From Octopus sinensis (Eukaryota), in assembly GCF_006345805.1 (NCBI RefSeq), contig NC_043000.1, forward strand, positions 42,346,001 through 42,410,000: DNA of 64,000 bases. Reading direction: 5' to 3'. Under the pieces are notes generated by a model. It was not told where the DNA came from. It was given only the letters and a program-made list of their open reading frames with translations, and ran no database searches. The position numbers were made by a program, and so were the translations under genes. Positions 28,480 to 42,414 of this stretch are shown here, one piece after another; the first letter of the stretch is position 1; every line of letters begins with the position of its first letter.

Positions 28480-29990
28480 GGTTGCTTGTGAAAACTCCAC
28501 AAAATCACGGTCGTTCTGGTGTAAGTGGCTTCTCGCTATTGTCTTCCCTCAATCTACAAGCGAATGCTTAGAGGTGGCCCAACCATCCAGATAATGCTTG
28601 CACTTCTCATCCGCATTTCAAAAACTGAGGGTCGAGAGAGCACTTTCTCTCTCGATCATTACTTCTTTCACAACTGAAACGCAAAAAGGTGATAAGAGTT
28701 TAGCCAAAGAGGAAGTGTCTGTCTTCATCCCATTCAATATCATCTACCACACAACACTTTCACCTAAGCCACAGACGAATAAAAACTGTCCATTACTCGA
28801 TCAACAGAAGGCGATCTATCTTACGTACAACAGACAATGTTCGGCATAGCTACACAAGTCCGCAACGGACGATTGTGTGTTCTGTGTACATCTCAGTCAG
28901 ACACAACTTCATCATTTGTAGAGTTTATGCAGATCGGCAATGCCCTATCCCTCGTTAGCATTTTTAGGCCAGGTAATTTTGGAAATCATCCAAGAGTTCT
29001 GTCCGAAAGTCCTCCGCAAGAGACCGGCCAGATGAATTTGTCAATGTTCAGGGTCATTCAGAGATAGTCATCAATCGCCCACCAACTGCATTGCACAAGT
29101 TGAAGGCTGTGAGAGTTTGAAGACATTCCAGATGCCCCGCCTTGGTCTTTGTAAGATGAAAAATATGTAACACTGCCCAAGAGACGAGATGTTGAAAATC
29201 TTTTCAGGCACATGGTGACCACTTAAGTTCACAATCAAAGAAATTTTGGAGATTTCGTACTCTCAGCACCTGTGAGTGCATCACAAGCCACAGTATGCGT
29301 AATTCACCATTCAACGGATGCTGAGGTGTTGAACGCTTGCATCGCATCTGATATATATTACTTACTGTCTGACCATCTTTTATTGACCCAGTTCATGACT
29401 AGAATAACGCGTCTCTTTCCACAGAAAATGGAAGACAGGTGCAAGACATGCGCCCCATACCTGTAAGACGTGAACTGGGTCAATACAAGATGGTCAGACA
29501 GTAAGTAATATATATCAGATGCGATGCAAGCGTTCAACACCTCAGGTAGGCCCTTCCGGAAAAAAAACTATCTCGTAATCTACTTTTGGGTGAGGGCTAA
29601 TCACCTTGCTCGTCACCTCGAACCAGCCCTTCTTCATCTGGAGTTTTGATAGAAGCCAAATTCCGAGCAATTTATTCGGCCCGTCTGTCCAGAGCTCAGC
29701 GACGCTCTTGGACGACATGGACCTTCATTACGAGGTGCCGAGTTGCAAGCACACTGAGTTTCCTTGATTGATTTTAGCTGCTCTCACCGCCTCGCAATCC
29801 CATGGATTATGGTTCCTCACTTTCGAGTGTTTAATTGTCCGATATGATGGTGAAGGTGTCCGAGAATATTATTGCAAATTTCCTGCATATTAGTTCATAT
29901 AAGCTGCCGACACAACGCCTCTAAATTACGGAGTGATGGCCCAAATTTCAATAGATTAAGAAGAGGAGAGAGGACAGCAGATGATGCTGA
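28480..29990 (+). mobile_element. Possible old Tx1/L1-like LINE remnants
   Basis: FWCKWLLAIVFPQ and DALGRHGPSL..PSCKHTE weakly resemble the element at 52148 (WSPFVRHAFPQ, KLYRHG..CPRC). Confidence 0.3.
29321..29545. repeat. Near-perfect inverted repeat (75-bp arms, 75-nt spacer)
   Basis: 29321-29395 versus 29471-29545, one mismatch. Confidence 0.95.
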
Positions 29991-30077
29991 TTGTTTATAA
30001 TATGTGGACATATATACTCGCATAAATATATCCACAAACATATAAATGGAGGTAATACACACACTCTCACAAATGTA

Positions 30078-30156
<79 letters not shown>

Positions 30157-30380
30157 ATATATATAGATGTACATGTACATATATACGTGTATATGCTTAT
30201 GTATATGCATATAGACATGTGTATTCATATGTATACCTCTCTATATATGTTTATATACTATGCATACATATATTTGTATATTATACAGTTATACAAAGTT
30301 TATACATAGTGTGCGTGATTGAAGAGCACCTTCACCGTGCATGCACCTACACACGAATACACACACAATTATACATACGT

Positions 30381-30473
<93 letters not shown>

Positions 30474-30626
30474 TATATATATTCCGAATTTGTGTAAATG
30501 TATATAGATTAATATATTAGTTGAATAAAGTTAAAATATTGTCTGGCTTTCATGTTTTTTTTATTATGGTATTTATAAAAATTCTTTTACATTGTTGAAG
30601 TGTGTTAAACACTGAAAAATATCAAT

Positions 30627-30935
30627 GATAGGAACAAACAAGAAAAAGTATGTACCGTCATAGAGATCGGCTATCCTGCTGATTTGAAAATGAGAGAGAA
30701 ATAGGGTAGATACGGACAGCTGCTTAGAAACTTGCAGATTTTATACCCAAATTATAAATTCACATCTGTATATCGAAAGTACTTGTTGTACTTGGTTTTG
30801 GGAGTAAATGTCTTTGAGACAAACTGGCAAAGCTAGGGTTTCCAGGAAAAAGAAATCAACCAGTTAACTCAAACATTACAGATAAAATCTTTAAGTGGAA
30901 CAGTAATAATATACAAGCCTTTTCTCAAGTTCAAA
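30627..30935 (+). mobile_element. Restriction-like endonuclease non-LTR element (R4/NeSL-type) C-terminal remnant
   Basis: KVCTVIEIGYPAD...YGQLLRNLQILYPNYKF...LGFQEKEINQL...SGTV matches the PD-(D/E)xK C-terminal pattern. Confidence 0.65.
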
Positions 30936-31229
30936 ATGTAAATTCGGATTTGTTATCTACATTCCAATGATGGAGATTTATATTTCTGTCAGAAACTAGC
31001 TCCTTACTTACAGGATGACTTCAAATAATCAAAAACAGAAGAGAACAAACACACATACATCAATTATATATATATACTAATATAGGATGAAATTTTTTTC
31101 AGAAAAAAAATTTCATCAAAATGTGGCAGCATATTAAAATTATTAACAACTTATAAACAATTGGAAAGTCTGTTATCAGCATATTGGCATGGAAATAAAT
31201 TTTTCTTTTGCCCTTGTTTATAAGTTGTT

Positions 31230-31278
<49 letters not shown>

Positions 31279-31745
31279 ATATATATATGCGCACATACAT
31301 ACACATATATGAACATAGACACATAAATATATAGCACCGATTAGATGCTTTGTGAATTTGTTCTTCTTTCTAGCCTTCTGACTTGCTAGTTAGTATATTT
31401 TAGCATCCAGTAAACCTGCTATGGAGAAATTGGAACCAAAGCAGATCGTCAGCAACTTCTTTGGCTATAGGTTTTCTCTCATCCGCCGAAAAAGTTGTAC
31501 TTAGAGATGTAAATAGTGAAGTATAGCAAAAGAGAAACAAAAAGTAACCCATGAGAAAAAGATGTATATCGCAGTCTCTCCGTTTGTCTGTCTGTGATAC
31601 AGACTCACAAGCACACATACATATCATGTGAAGAAAGGAAAAGAAAACATTCATCAAAATAAATATACATATACATACACACACATATACAGATGTATAT
31701 ATATATACATACATACATATATATAGATATATATATATATCGATA

Positions 31746-31820
<75 letters not shown>

Positions 31821-31918
31821 CGTGTGAGTATTGTTAAATGTCCATTTGTACGAGGCCGACAAAGATGGATGGATAGAAAGTGAATTCGCAGAGAAAAATA
31901 TGGCGTTAAAATTGTGAT

Positions 31919-31973
31919 GAGAGAGAGAGGAGAGAGAGAGAGAGAGAGAGAGCTAGAGAGAGAGAGAGGAGAG

Positions 31974-32048
<75 letters not shown>

Positions 32049-32118
32049 ACGGAAAGAGAAAAAATGAGAGAGAATGCAATCTGTGCTAAGAATTAAGAGA
32101 GAAACGGGTACGAACGAA

Positions 32119-32171
<53 letters not shown>

Positions 32172-32260
32172 GAGAATAGATAGAGATAGACAGAAAGAGA
32201 AGAGTGAGAAAAAGAGATAGAGGGAGAGAGAGGATTAGAGAGAGAGAGAGAGAGAGGAAA
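31919..32260. repeat. (AG)n-rich tract
   Basis: Direct reading. Confidence 0.95.
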
Positions 32261-32452
32261 GAAGAACAGTGAGAACTAGATTAAATTGTGCTGATCTTGC
32301 ACTGATCAAGATAAACTTGGCGTTCGTTTGATGTGAGCAAGTGTTACGTTTGTTTTTTGTTCTACACACAGCAATAGGAAAATCTTTACTTTAGCAAAGC
32401 CAAAGGTAGAACTATTCGATTATACTTCTTCTGTGAGACACGTCGAGATATA

Positions 32453-32484
<32 letters not shown>

Positions 32485-32580
32485 CATCTACATATGCATA
32501 TACATATAATGCATACGTACACACACACCACACACCACACAACACACAATACTATATATATATATATATATATAATATAT

Positions 32581-32611
<31 letters not shown>

Positions 32612-32626
32612 GTTATATATATATTA

Positions 32627-32667
<41 letters not shown>

Positions 32668-33303
32668 TATACATACTCATAAATACATACGTTTATATAA
32701 GTGTCGGTGAGTGTCGTGTGTGCGGAGTGAGCAAAGAAAAATAATTACACATTTTGAATATACAATCAAGGCAAAACAGACGTGGTGGAAAAACAATGAA
32801 ACAAATTCAAACTTCAAGAAAACTTAAGTAAAACAACACAGAGAAGAACAACATTATAGACTTACAAAAAAAAAAAAAAACAGAAAGAAAATTACTCAGA
32901 CACACAAGCACACGCATGCATATACATGCAGACATATATGCACAAATAACTTTAGAAGTGTTTCGCGACAGAGAGAATAGAAAATGGGGAAAAAAATTGT
33001 CTGAGGAATTAAAAGGAAAATTGCCAGTAACAGAGAGCCATGTTAAAACAGGAATAACTTTGCTGTCATTAACTTCACTCACTTGCACATAGTGGGACTC
33101 CTCCCCCTCCTCTTCCCCATCCTCCTTCTCCTCGCCATCCTCCAATCGCACACGTCTCTTCATTATCATACGCGCTCAATTCTGTTCCTAATTATCAAAT
33201 AGACGTACTACACTCTTTTCGACTGAATATTTATTAAAACAGCACATCATCATCATCATCATCATCATCATCATTACAACCGATAACAGCAGCAACAGCA
33301 AGA

Positions 33304-33500
33304 GTGGAGGGGCAATGGCCCAGTGGTTAGGGCAGCGGACGCGTGGTCAAAAGAACGCGGTTTCGATTCCCAGACCGGGCTTTGCAAGTGTTTATTGAGC
33401 AAAAACACCTAAGCTACACGAGGCTCCGGCGGGGGGTTGGGTGGGTGAACCCCGCTGTACTCTTTCACAACAATTTTCTCTCACTCTTTCTTCTACTTCT
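33304..33500 (+). mobile_element. tRNA-derived SINE (family D), partial
   Basis: gtggaggggcaatggcccagtggttagggcagcggac...ggtttcgattccc; homologous to 37879-38170. Confidence 0.75.
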
Positions 33501-34569
33501 GCAACAAAGCAGAGTAACCCAGTACGGTGTGGTAAACATTCAGACCCTAGTCTAGATTGCGAATCCTCTGTACTCCAGTTTGGTTCAGCTCTCTCCCCGT
33601 TAAAAGCCGCCGTTTACGAAATTAGGATAATAACGTAGCTTTCGCGCCCGTGCAACCGCCAGTCTATCGCGTGTGGTGGGTGGATCTTCAAGTTGCCACA
33701 GGCATTCTTAGTAGCTTAGAGTAGGCTCGAATTAGAGATTATTCTTTGTGGCTAATGGCATGAGTCCTGATTGGAAGAAGAAGAAGAAGAAGAAGAAAAG
33801 GGAAGAAGAAGAAGAAGAAGAAGAAGAAGGGGAGAAGAAGAAGAAGAAGAAGAAGCAACAGCCAGATCAACAGCAACACCACTACCACCACCACAACTAT
33901 CAACAACAGCAATAATAATAATAACACGAGTAAGAATATTGTTGATGATAATAATGATGATGATGGTAGTGGTGGTCGTTGTCGTCCTGATAATAATCGT
34001 GCTTGGATCTGTTCGTATATTCTAAAGAAATATTTCCTTATATTATAGTAAAATACTGTAAAGATTGACAAGAAAGGAGTAGCATAATTGTATATTGCTT
34101 TATTTGAAATAACTATTTACAGTAGTTTAGAAAGCATTAGAAATACTCGCAGATTCTGGGCTTTGAAAATAGTATTCATAGCAGGATATCATAAGAGAAA
34201 ATCCTACGTGAATCTGGTTACCCTAAAAGACAATTTTAAAATGGGTAACATTAAAAAATGCGCATGTATTTGGGTTTTAATAAAGGAGGGTTTAACAATT
34301 TTGGAGAAAAGAGTACATTGAGAAATTTGTACGTGATACTAGAATTAAAAAGAAAAGTAATTACTAAGTAGGATTCTGGGTTTCCGAAAGTAAAACTTAA
34401 CATTGCTGGAGAATGACTATACAAGGAATAGTTAGTGTTCTTGCAAGGCGGTGCAGGGCAATCTACACGACGATATAACCCAGGGACATTTCTGAAAGGC
34501 TTAACAAATTGTGAATAGAGTTCACCTAACTTTACGTAAATATATTTTCACTAAGAACCAGAAATAAAG

Positions 34570-34725
34570 CTTTCTACCACAGGCAAAATGCCTCAAATAT
34601 TGGGGGAAGGGGATAGTGTTTACATTAACCCTAGAGCTCAAATGGTACTTATTTCATCGACCCCGGAATTTAGACTGAGAACGTAAAGACAGACGAAACG
34701 CCTCGAAGTATGCCAGTTCGTCGTC

Positions 34726-34791
<66 letters not shown>

Positions 34792-34798
34792 TTAATAA

Positions 34799-34861
<63 letters not shown>

Positions 34862-35068
34862 TAATAACCCTTTCTACTAAGGCACAAGAACTGAAATTTT
34901 AGGGGAGAGGACTAGTCAATTACATTGACCCCAAAATTTCACTGGTACTTAATTTATCGACCTCGAAAATTGAAAGTCAATGTTGACCTCGGCGGAATTT
35001 GAACTCAGAACGTAACAACAGACGAAATACCGCAGAGCATTTTGCCCGGCGTGCTAACGTTTCTGCCT
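34570..35068 (-). mobile_element. Two Nin/Deu-like SINE copies separated by (TAA)n (34727-34866)
   Basis: ggtacttaatttatcgacc...gacctcggcggaatttgaactcagaacgta...gcccggcgtgctaacg. Confidence 0.8.
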
Positions 35069-35512
35069 GCACATAATTTCTTTAAGCAAACCCATTTCTC
35101 TAATGTAACCTATGTACTGTTTTTACATTTACTTAGGTATACATCTACCTTTACTCCGGCAAGTATAGTGAAGTCTATACTTAGTTGATGAGCTTATGAT
35201 AATTATTTCCAGCAAAAACGCAATGCTTGAAGTGTGGGAAAGGTGGTTAATCATTACCATCGACTCCAGTACTCAATTGGTGTCTTTTTTTCTTCCGATT
35301 AAAAAAAAAAAATGTCAAACTCAATTGGCTTCGGCAGTGTTTAAAAGTTAGAATGCAAAGAGCCGGTAGAAATATTACTATGAATTTTGCTCGACGTTTA
35401 CATCTATTATATCAATCCAGTACTTTTGACAAGCTAACGGTGATACCGAAACATTTCGAAAATTATTTCCCGTGGTTATTCAGGTAAGTAAAATAACATT
35501 AGAAAAAGCGTA

Positions 35513-35918
35513 AGCGTGACTGTGTGATAACAAGTTTATGGTTTCAGGTTCAGGTTCAATACCAATGCACCAATGCATGGCCCCTTGGGCAAGTGTCTTC
35601 TGCTATAGCCTCGGGCGACCAAAGCCTTTTGAGTGGATTTGGTAGACGGAAACTGAAAGAAACCCGTCGTATACACACACACCACACACACACATATATA
35701 AATACAAGAGTAAACAAGAGAGACAGAGAAAGGCAGAAACAAGGAAAATGCCACTTATATTTGAACACTATACAAATATTCTTTTAAAGAAACCTTTCTT
35801 TTAATTTTTCTAAATTTAATTTTTTAATTGTTACAGTTGAAAAGGTCTCAAAAAATTACCTAAGCGGTACTGAAATGTTCTCTATAAAATTATTTTAGCA
35901 TTTTCTATCTTGACTTGT

Positions 35919-35958
<40 letters not shown>

Positions 35959-36245
35959 TATATATATTATATATATATATAATATATTATATATATGTGT
36001 GTGGTGTGTGTGTGTGTGTGTGTGTGGTTGTTTGTGTGTGTGTTTTTCTGGTGTCTGTATTTGTCTCCTACCACTACTTGACTGCCGTTGTTGGTTTGTT
36101 TACGTGTTCGTAACTTAGTTCAGCAAAGTGAGTGATAGATTAAGTACCAAGGCTTGAAATAGGCACTTTAGTCGATTCATTGACTAAACATTATTGAAGA
36201 CAGTGCCCCAGCATGACGGCAGCCTAATGACCGAAACAAATAAAA
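35513..36245 (+). mobile_element. Bipartite CORE-like SINE (head 35513-35670, tail ~36060-36245) with intervening sequence
   Basis: ccttgggcaagtgtcttctgctatagcctcggg head; gtgccccagcatgacggcagcctaatgaccgaaac tail. Confidence 0.75.
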
Positions 36246-37051
36246 ACATGAAAATAAAAAGGATTAATATTGATGTAATCTTGCCAAGGTAACTGTTTTT
36301 AGTTAGGTTTTCAATGCACTTTGCATCAGATTTGAAATAAGTATCGTTAACACAACAAAAAACAAAAGATAATTTACGAATATTTGTTATACAACTCAAC
36401 TGACAGTCGCCCAGCATAAGTGCAGAAAATCTGTTAATAGTTGAAACAGAACCAAAACTGTAAAGAAATGTATCAAACCCAAATGGGCAAAATGAAAATG
36501 CTTACATATGATGAATATTTTATTTCATATCTATGAAATTTCTTTAGTTGGTTGTTATAATAAAAATTCACATAAACAAAAAGTATGGCTAGCTCCATTG
36601 ATCAATCTGTATTGATTCATTTGCATAAAGATTTATTCCAGCTACCTCTTTTGTTTAGTAAGCTTATTATATTATTTAAGGATAAGATCGCGTGATGTTA
36701 TACATTAAAGATATTTGATTATTCTGCTTTATTCACTAATTCAATTTGATGATATAAACTGTACTTTGGCTTCTAAGAAAAAAAATATGTAGATTTAGCA
36801 AAATATTTACTAATACATAAATTTTCGTTAGTGCTTTCTTACTTTGAGATACTGAGTTCAAACACTTTGCATGTTTGCAAACAATAGAAACACATAGTTC
36901 CAAGGGCGGTAATCCTTTAAAACATAACACAAAACTTTCAAGGGCGGTAGTCCTTTAACAAAACTTTTACAATGAAACAGTTTTCCTAAAAATACATAAA
37001 TACTGTATACACACATATGATAGGATATGTGGGTTTAATAAATATCTTATA

Positions 37052-37454
37052 CTAGCAGTATCGCCCGGCGTTGCTCGGGTTTCTAAGGGAAATAACTATA
37101 TACGCATTATTAGAGAGTTATAGCCAAAAAATAGCAAAAAATGCATTAAAAATGGAAAAAAAATGATGGAATTTTTTAAAGAATCGTTGACTCATCGTAG
37201 ACATTTTAGAGAGTTACTTCCCTTATATAATAACCAAAAAAAATGCATCAAATGGGAAGGAAAGGAAAATGATGGTAATTTTTTTTAAATCGTAGACTCA
37301 TCGTAGACGCGCGCTAATACCAGAAGGGCTCGATATGAATCACGACTATAAGATACCCGGTTTTGGTTACACTGCACCGCAAAATGTGGGAGTAGTTAGG
37401 AATCTAAATCGTAGGAGACAGACACTCACACAACTTCACTTTTATATATAAAGA
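37052..37454 (-). mobile_element. Non-autonomous Helitron
   Basis: Minus strand A|TCTTTATATATAAAAG ... CCCGAGCAACGCCGGG (hairpin) CGATACTGCTAG|T gives 5' TC, 3' CTAG, a subterminal hairpin and an AT target. Confidence 0.85.
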
Positions 37455-37459
37455 TATAT

Positions 37460-37745
37460 GAGATTCTTGGGGATAAAAATTATTATGGAAACTACATTTA
37501 CAAATACTTGAAGGAAAATTGAAAAAGATCCACGATTATTTAATTTAATGAGAAATATGGTTGGATAGGGTTTCTGAATGCATGACACTAGTAAATAATC
37601 TAAATTTAGCATCTATTTAGCTATGGAATACAACAACGATAGAATACATTTTTGTAGATATATTGGTTATACAAAACCATGATTAGGATTGATACAGATG
37701 TACGTCATAGAACAACAACCTCGAAGCAAAATTTAGTCTTACTTT
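37460..37745 (+). mobile_element. Penelope-like RT C-terminal remnant
   Basis: YKYLKEN*K, LVNNLN, MEYNNDRIHF, VDILV, IDTDVRHRTTTSKQNL resembles the PLE RT thumb (LN..I.FTME..IPFLD..TD.Y.K.T...YL). Confidence 0.6.
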
Positions 37746-37769
37746 ATACTTAGACGGATAAATAAACGC

Positions 37770-37878
<109 letters not shown>

Positions 37879-38170
37879 GTGGAGGCACATGGCCTAGTGG
37901 TTAGGGAAGCGGATTCGCGGTCGAGGGATCACGGGATCTCAGACCGAGCAATGTGTGCGTTTATGAGGGAAAACACCCAAACTCCACGCGGCTCCGGCAG
38001 AAGTTAATGGCAAACTTCTGCTGACTCTTTCGCAACAACTTTCTCTCACTCCTTCCTCTTGGATCTTGCAGCTTATCTGCGGCGGACCGGCGTCCAGTCC
38101 CATTGGGGAACCTATACGCCAAGAAACCGGGAAAGCGGCATTTATGAGCAAGGCATGGCTCGAGAAGGAA
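37879..38170 (+). mobile_element. tRNA-derived SINE (family D) inserted in (TCTA)n
   Basis: gtggaggcacatggcctagtggttaggg A-box head; (TCTA)n on both sides. Confidence 0.8.
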
Positions 38171-38195
38171 CAAAAAAATTCTATGTATCTGTCTA

Positions 38196-38292
<97 letters not shown>

Positions 38293-38981
38293 ATATCTAT
38301 CTATCTATCTATCTATGAATATGCGTTTAGTAAACGGTAGTTAGAGATTTCTATATATGCTGTGATATGTAAAACAAGTGAAAATGCACAGTAACGTTAA
38401 GAGAATTATTGTAATCGCTTTAGACAGATTAGAGACGAAAACATGTAATGTTATGTTAAACATATTAGAGCTTTTTCACTTACACATAAGCGGTTTCATC
38501 CATTCAGGTGTGGAATTTTCTAATGAAAATAGTTATATTGGTTGGAGTACATATAGTTGAAATTTTTGTACCTAGACAGAAACCTCCTATCCTAGCTTGA
38601 TTTACGCGTTCGCCACAACAGCCCTTTCTGTTTGTTTTCACTGTCCTGTTTGTGTTACCTATTTTGACCCTCCGCAAAACTCAAATTTTATTTAATTTGC
38701 TTTTCGGGAGCAACTCTTTTATCGACAACGTATATTGTTGTTAAATGCTCGAAATACGAGACTAGAGAAACAGCTAATAACAGATGGAGGGTCATTCATT
38801 ACGCTTGTTTTGTTTTCCATTTGCGCCTTTCGTTGTTCGAAGGAATAGTTGATGTTCCATTTATTAGTGCTTCGTACTTTTTTGCTGTACACATTTCATG
38901 ACGTCCTGTGTCCACATATGCATACATATATACATGTAGATGTAAGTATGTACATATACGTATGCATATATGTATGCATAC

Positions 38982-39072
<91 letters not shown>

Positions 39073-39125
39073 AGATATATATGTATATATATATATGATA
39101 TGTATGTATATATATATATGTATTT

Positions 39126-39173
<48 letters not shown>

Positions 39174-39387
39174 GTATATATATTTATACATATAATATAT
39201 ATATGTATAATATATATATATTATATATATATAATATATATTATATATATATGTATGCATGTATATATATATATGTGTGTGTGTGTATATATATGTTACA
39301 CTGCTTTATTTTGAGATTGCTAATGTTAACAATACTCACAAATAAAATACAAACTGGAGTTGTAGTGCTCCAAGTGAGCTATATTCC

Positions 39388-40015
39388 GCTTAATAATCAG
39401 AATGGAGGCAATCCAAGCGGAAACAAGAGAAACATAATTAATAACCACACTCAAAATCAAATATATAATATATATAAACGGATATAAAAATTCCAAATAT
39501 ATAAATATAAAAATACATATAAATAGATAAATATCAATATGATGGAGAAAACACAGTGAATTTTAGATTTAAAAGTTATAATACATTGGTGTAATAAAAC
39601 TTTGAGATGATAAAACATTAAAAGGACGTACTAAAATACCACGAAAATATTACAAAAATTAAAAAATTCCATCTACATTTAAAAATATGAAATATTACTT
39701 TGCACGTCTCTGAAAAGGCCCGTAGACGGAATTTTTGAAATATTTGTAATATTTTCGTGGTATTTTAGTACGTCCTTTTAAAGTTTTGTCATCTCAAATT
39801 TTTATTACACCAATGTAATATAACTTTTCAATCTAAAATTCACTGTGTTTTATGTATCATATCGATATTTATCTATTTATATGTATTTTTATATTTATAT
39901 ATTTGCACTTTTATATCTGTTTATAAATTTAGAAGTATATATATGATTTTGAGTGTGGATATTAATTATGTTCCTCTAGTTTCCGCTTGGATTGCCTCCA
40001 TTCTGATTATTAAGC
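39388..40015. repeat. Long imperfect inverted repeat (~290-bp arms, 45-nt spacer)
   Basis: 39388-39676 versus 39722-40015. Confidence 0.9.
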
Positions 40016-40243
40016 AATATATATATATATATATATGTGTTTGTGTGTGTGTGCGTGTGTGTGTGTTTGAAGGTTTGGAGATGATGTACAGGTATTATAT
40101 ATTAGAAGAAATGAGGTACTCAGAAATCCGGATAGTTTTATATTTACAGATATTTATTATTATGTTACATGTTTTTATAAATCATATATCAAATATATAT
40201 TGGCGCTTTCCTCCACTCTAGTGGCGTTGTCAATATATATATA

Positions 40244-40287
<44 letters not shown>

Positions 40288-40359
40288 ATGTATGTATGTA
40301 TGTATGTATGTATGTATGTATGTATGTATGTATATACATATATGTGTGTGTGTCTGTGT

Positions 40360-40790
40360 TTGTGCCCCCACCATCGCTTGACAACCGATGCTGGTGTGTA
40401 TATGTCTCCGAAACTTTCTTTTCTGTTTTACTCTCCGTATCTCTCTTAGCTCATGCTACAGAGAGCGATATATTAAGTACTAGGGTCAATTTCTTCGACT
40501 AAAACCCATTAAGCCTTTGCTCCAGCATGGCTGCAGTCAAATGACTGTAACAAAAAAATAAATAATAAAAAGGAATGTATATATATATATATATACATTT
40601 TACTCTTTTACTTGATTCAGTCATTTGTCTGCAGCTATGCTGGAGCACTGCCTTTAGTCTAACAAATCGACCCAGGACTTATTCTTCGTAAGCCCCGTAC
40701 TTATTCTGCCAGTTTTGCAGAACCGCTAGATATCGGGGACGTAAACACATCAACATCGGTTACCAAACAATTGTGGGCGACAAACACAGA
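40360..40790. mobile_element. Two CORE-like SINE tails, tail-to-tail (40360-40555 plus strand, 40600-40790 minus strand)
   Basis: gctccagcatggctgcagtcaaatgactg and its reverse complement cagtcatttgtctgcagctatgctggagc. Confidence 0.8.
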
Positions 40791-41084
40791 CAAACAAATA
40801 CACACACACACACACATACAGACACACACACACACATATATATACATATATATATATATTTAAATTACAGAGATGTACTTGCATAGCAAGTAACTTGATC
40901 TGAGATCGTGTGCTGGAACGAAAACAATTGCAGCGTGGAAGGTGTTTGTAAGCCATTTAAGAAACACACAAAAACCGTTAGAATCACTTCAACATTTAAA
41001 TTTAATTTGTCAAAATATTTTCGTCGCTTTGTGACTCGACCTGTTCATTGACAATATTCTGTGCTGCATCTCAGCACGGAGTTT

Positions 41085-41505
41085 TGTCAGTGGGATGAAG
41101 GTAAAATAATGGACAGAGAATACCACTGGAAAATACGAAAACTAAAAGAAGCACCACATATGCTAGGACACAACAATCTCCTAAGCAGACCGAGTGCAAA
41201 TATGAATAGCATATGGGAACCTGTATTAAAGAAGGATATGAAAATATTAGATTTATAAGACCTAAAATTCACTCTATAATTATCCACGATTATATGGCGT
41301 AGTGGTTAAGAGCGCGGGCTACTAACCCATGATCCCGAGTTCGATTCCATAATAATATCGAGAAATACCTTAGGAATTTCCCTAAGACACCTGATGAAGG
41401 CTGGAGGGTATATCAGCCGAAACGTTGTGTTAACAACAAACAAGAGGAGGACAATATCCGTCAAATGTAAATAATGTACATTATTCCTCATCTCTTAAAT
41501 ATAGA
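41085..41505 (+). mobile_element. Penelope-like element 3' end (GIY-YIG C-terminus plus pLTR), interrupted by a tRNA-like SINE head (41295-41350)
   Basis: WDEGKIMDREYHWKIRKLKEA.H...LLSR...WEPVL, followed by an HHR motif. Confidence 0.8.
41386..41431 (+). ncRNA. Minimal type I hammerhead ribozyme (PLE type)
   Basis: GACAC-CUGAUGA-A-GGCUG(10 nt)CAGCC-GAAA-CG-UU-GUGUU with palindromic AACGUU stem III. Confidence 0.75.
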
Positions 41506-41509
41506 ACTG

Positions 41510-41730
41510 CATTAAATAACCGCATAGTTTTGCAAGGTGTAGATATGGATGTCTTCAGAGAGCTTCTTGACAAATGTTTATCTGAGTTACTAGAGGAACC
41601 CACATCATCAAGGAAAAGCAGCTGCGTCAAACTCATTAGAAACCGTACTGAAACCCAATCACACCGAAAAGCGGTGTTCCAGCATGGTCTCAGTCACTGG
41701 CTGAAACCACTAACAGATAAAGATAAAACA
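41510..41730 (+). mobile_element. CR1-group LINE 3' end
   Basis: GVDMDVFRELLDKCLSELLEEP followed by the tail gcggtgttccagcatggtctcagtcactggctgaaacc. Confidence 0.7.
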
Positions 41731-42331
41731 TATATGTACGTGTATATATATATATATATATGTATGTATATATAAGCACCTACACATATACGTACGCACA
41801 AACAGATAGGAATGTATTCACATATATATGCTTGTATGTACATCTGTATGCGTGTGTATTTATGTGTACATGTATACAAAAGCATAGACATACACACGGG
41901 TATGTACATATGTATATACACAGACACACAGGCACATATCTACATAATTATTTGTAACATTTTAAGTAGTCTTTGCATTATCGTGTACAAGATAAAAAAA
42001 ATTAAAATTTTGAATACCTAAAAGTAATCTTTGAAAACACAAAATGAAAGCAAATAAAACTTTAAAAAATAAAAACAACAGAGGATATGTAAAAATTTGA
42101 TAGCCTGAGATAACCTAAGTTAAACACGATAAAGAAAATAATAATAAAAATTTCTATGGAAGACAAGACTGTAAAAAAAATTGATATTGAAGTTATATGA
42201 AAGTAATGGTGATTATTTTATACACCTTTTGTCAAAAATTTACTTTTCGGTAGTGTAAACACGCAGATTTGTAGTGATAATCTGTGTGTATACGTATGTA
42301 ATATATATTTATGTATGTACATGCAGACTGA

Positions 42332-42414
<83 letters not shown>

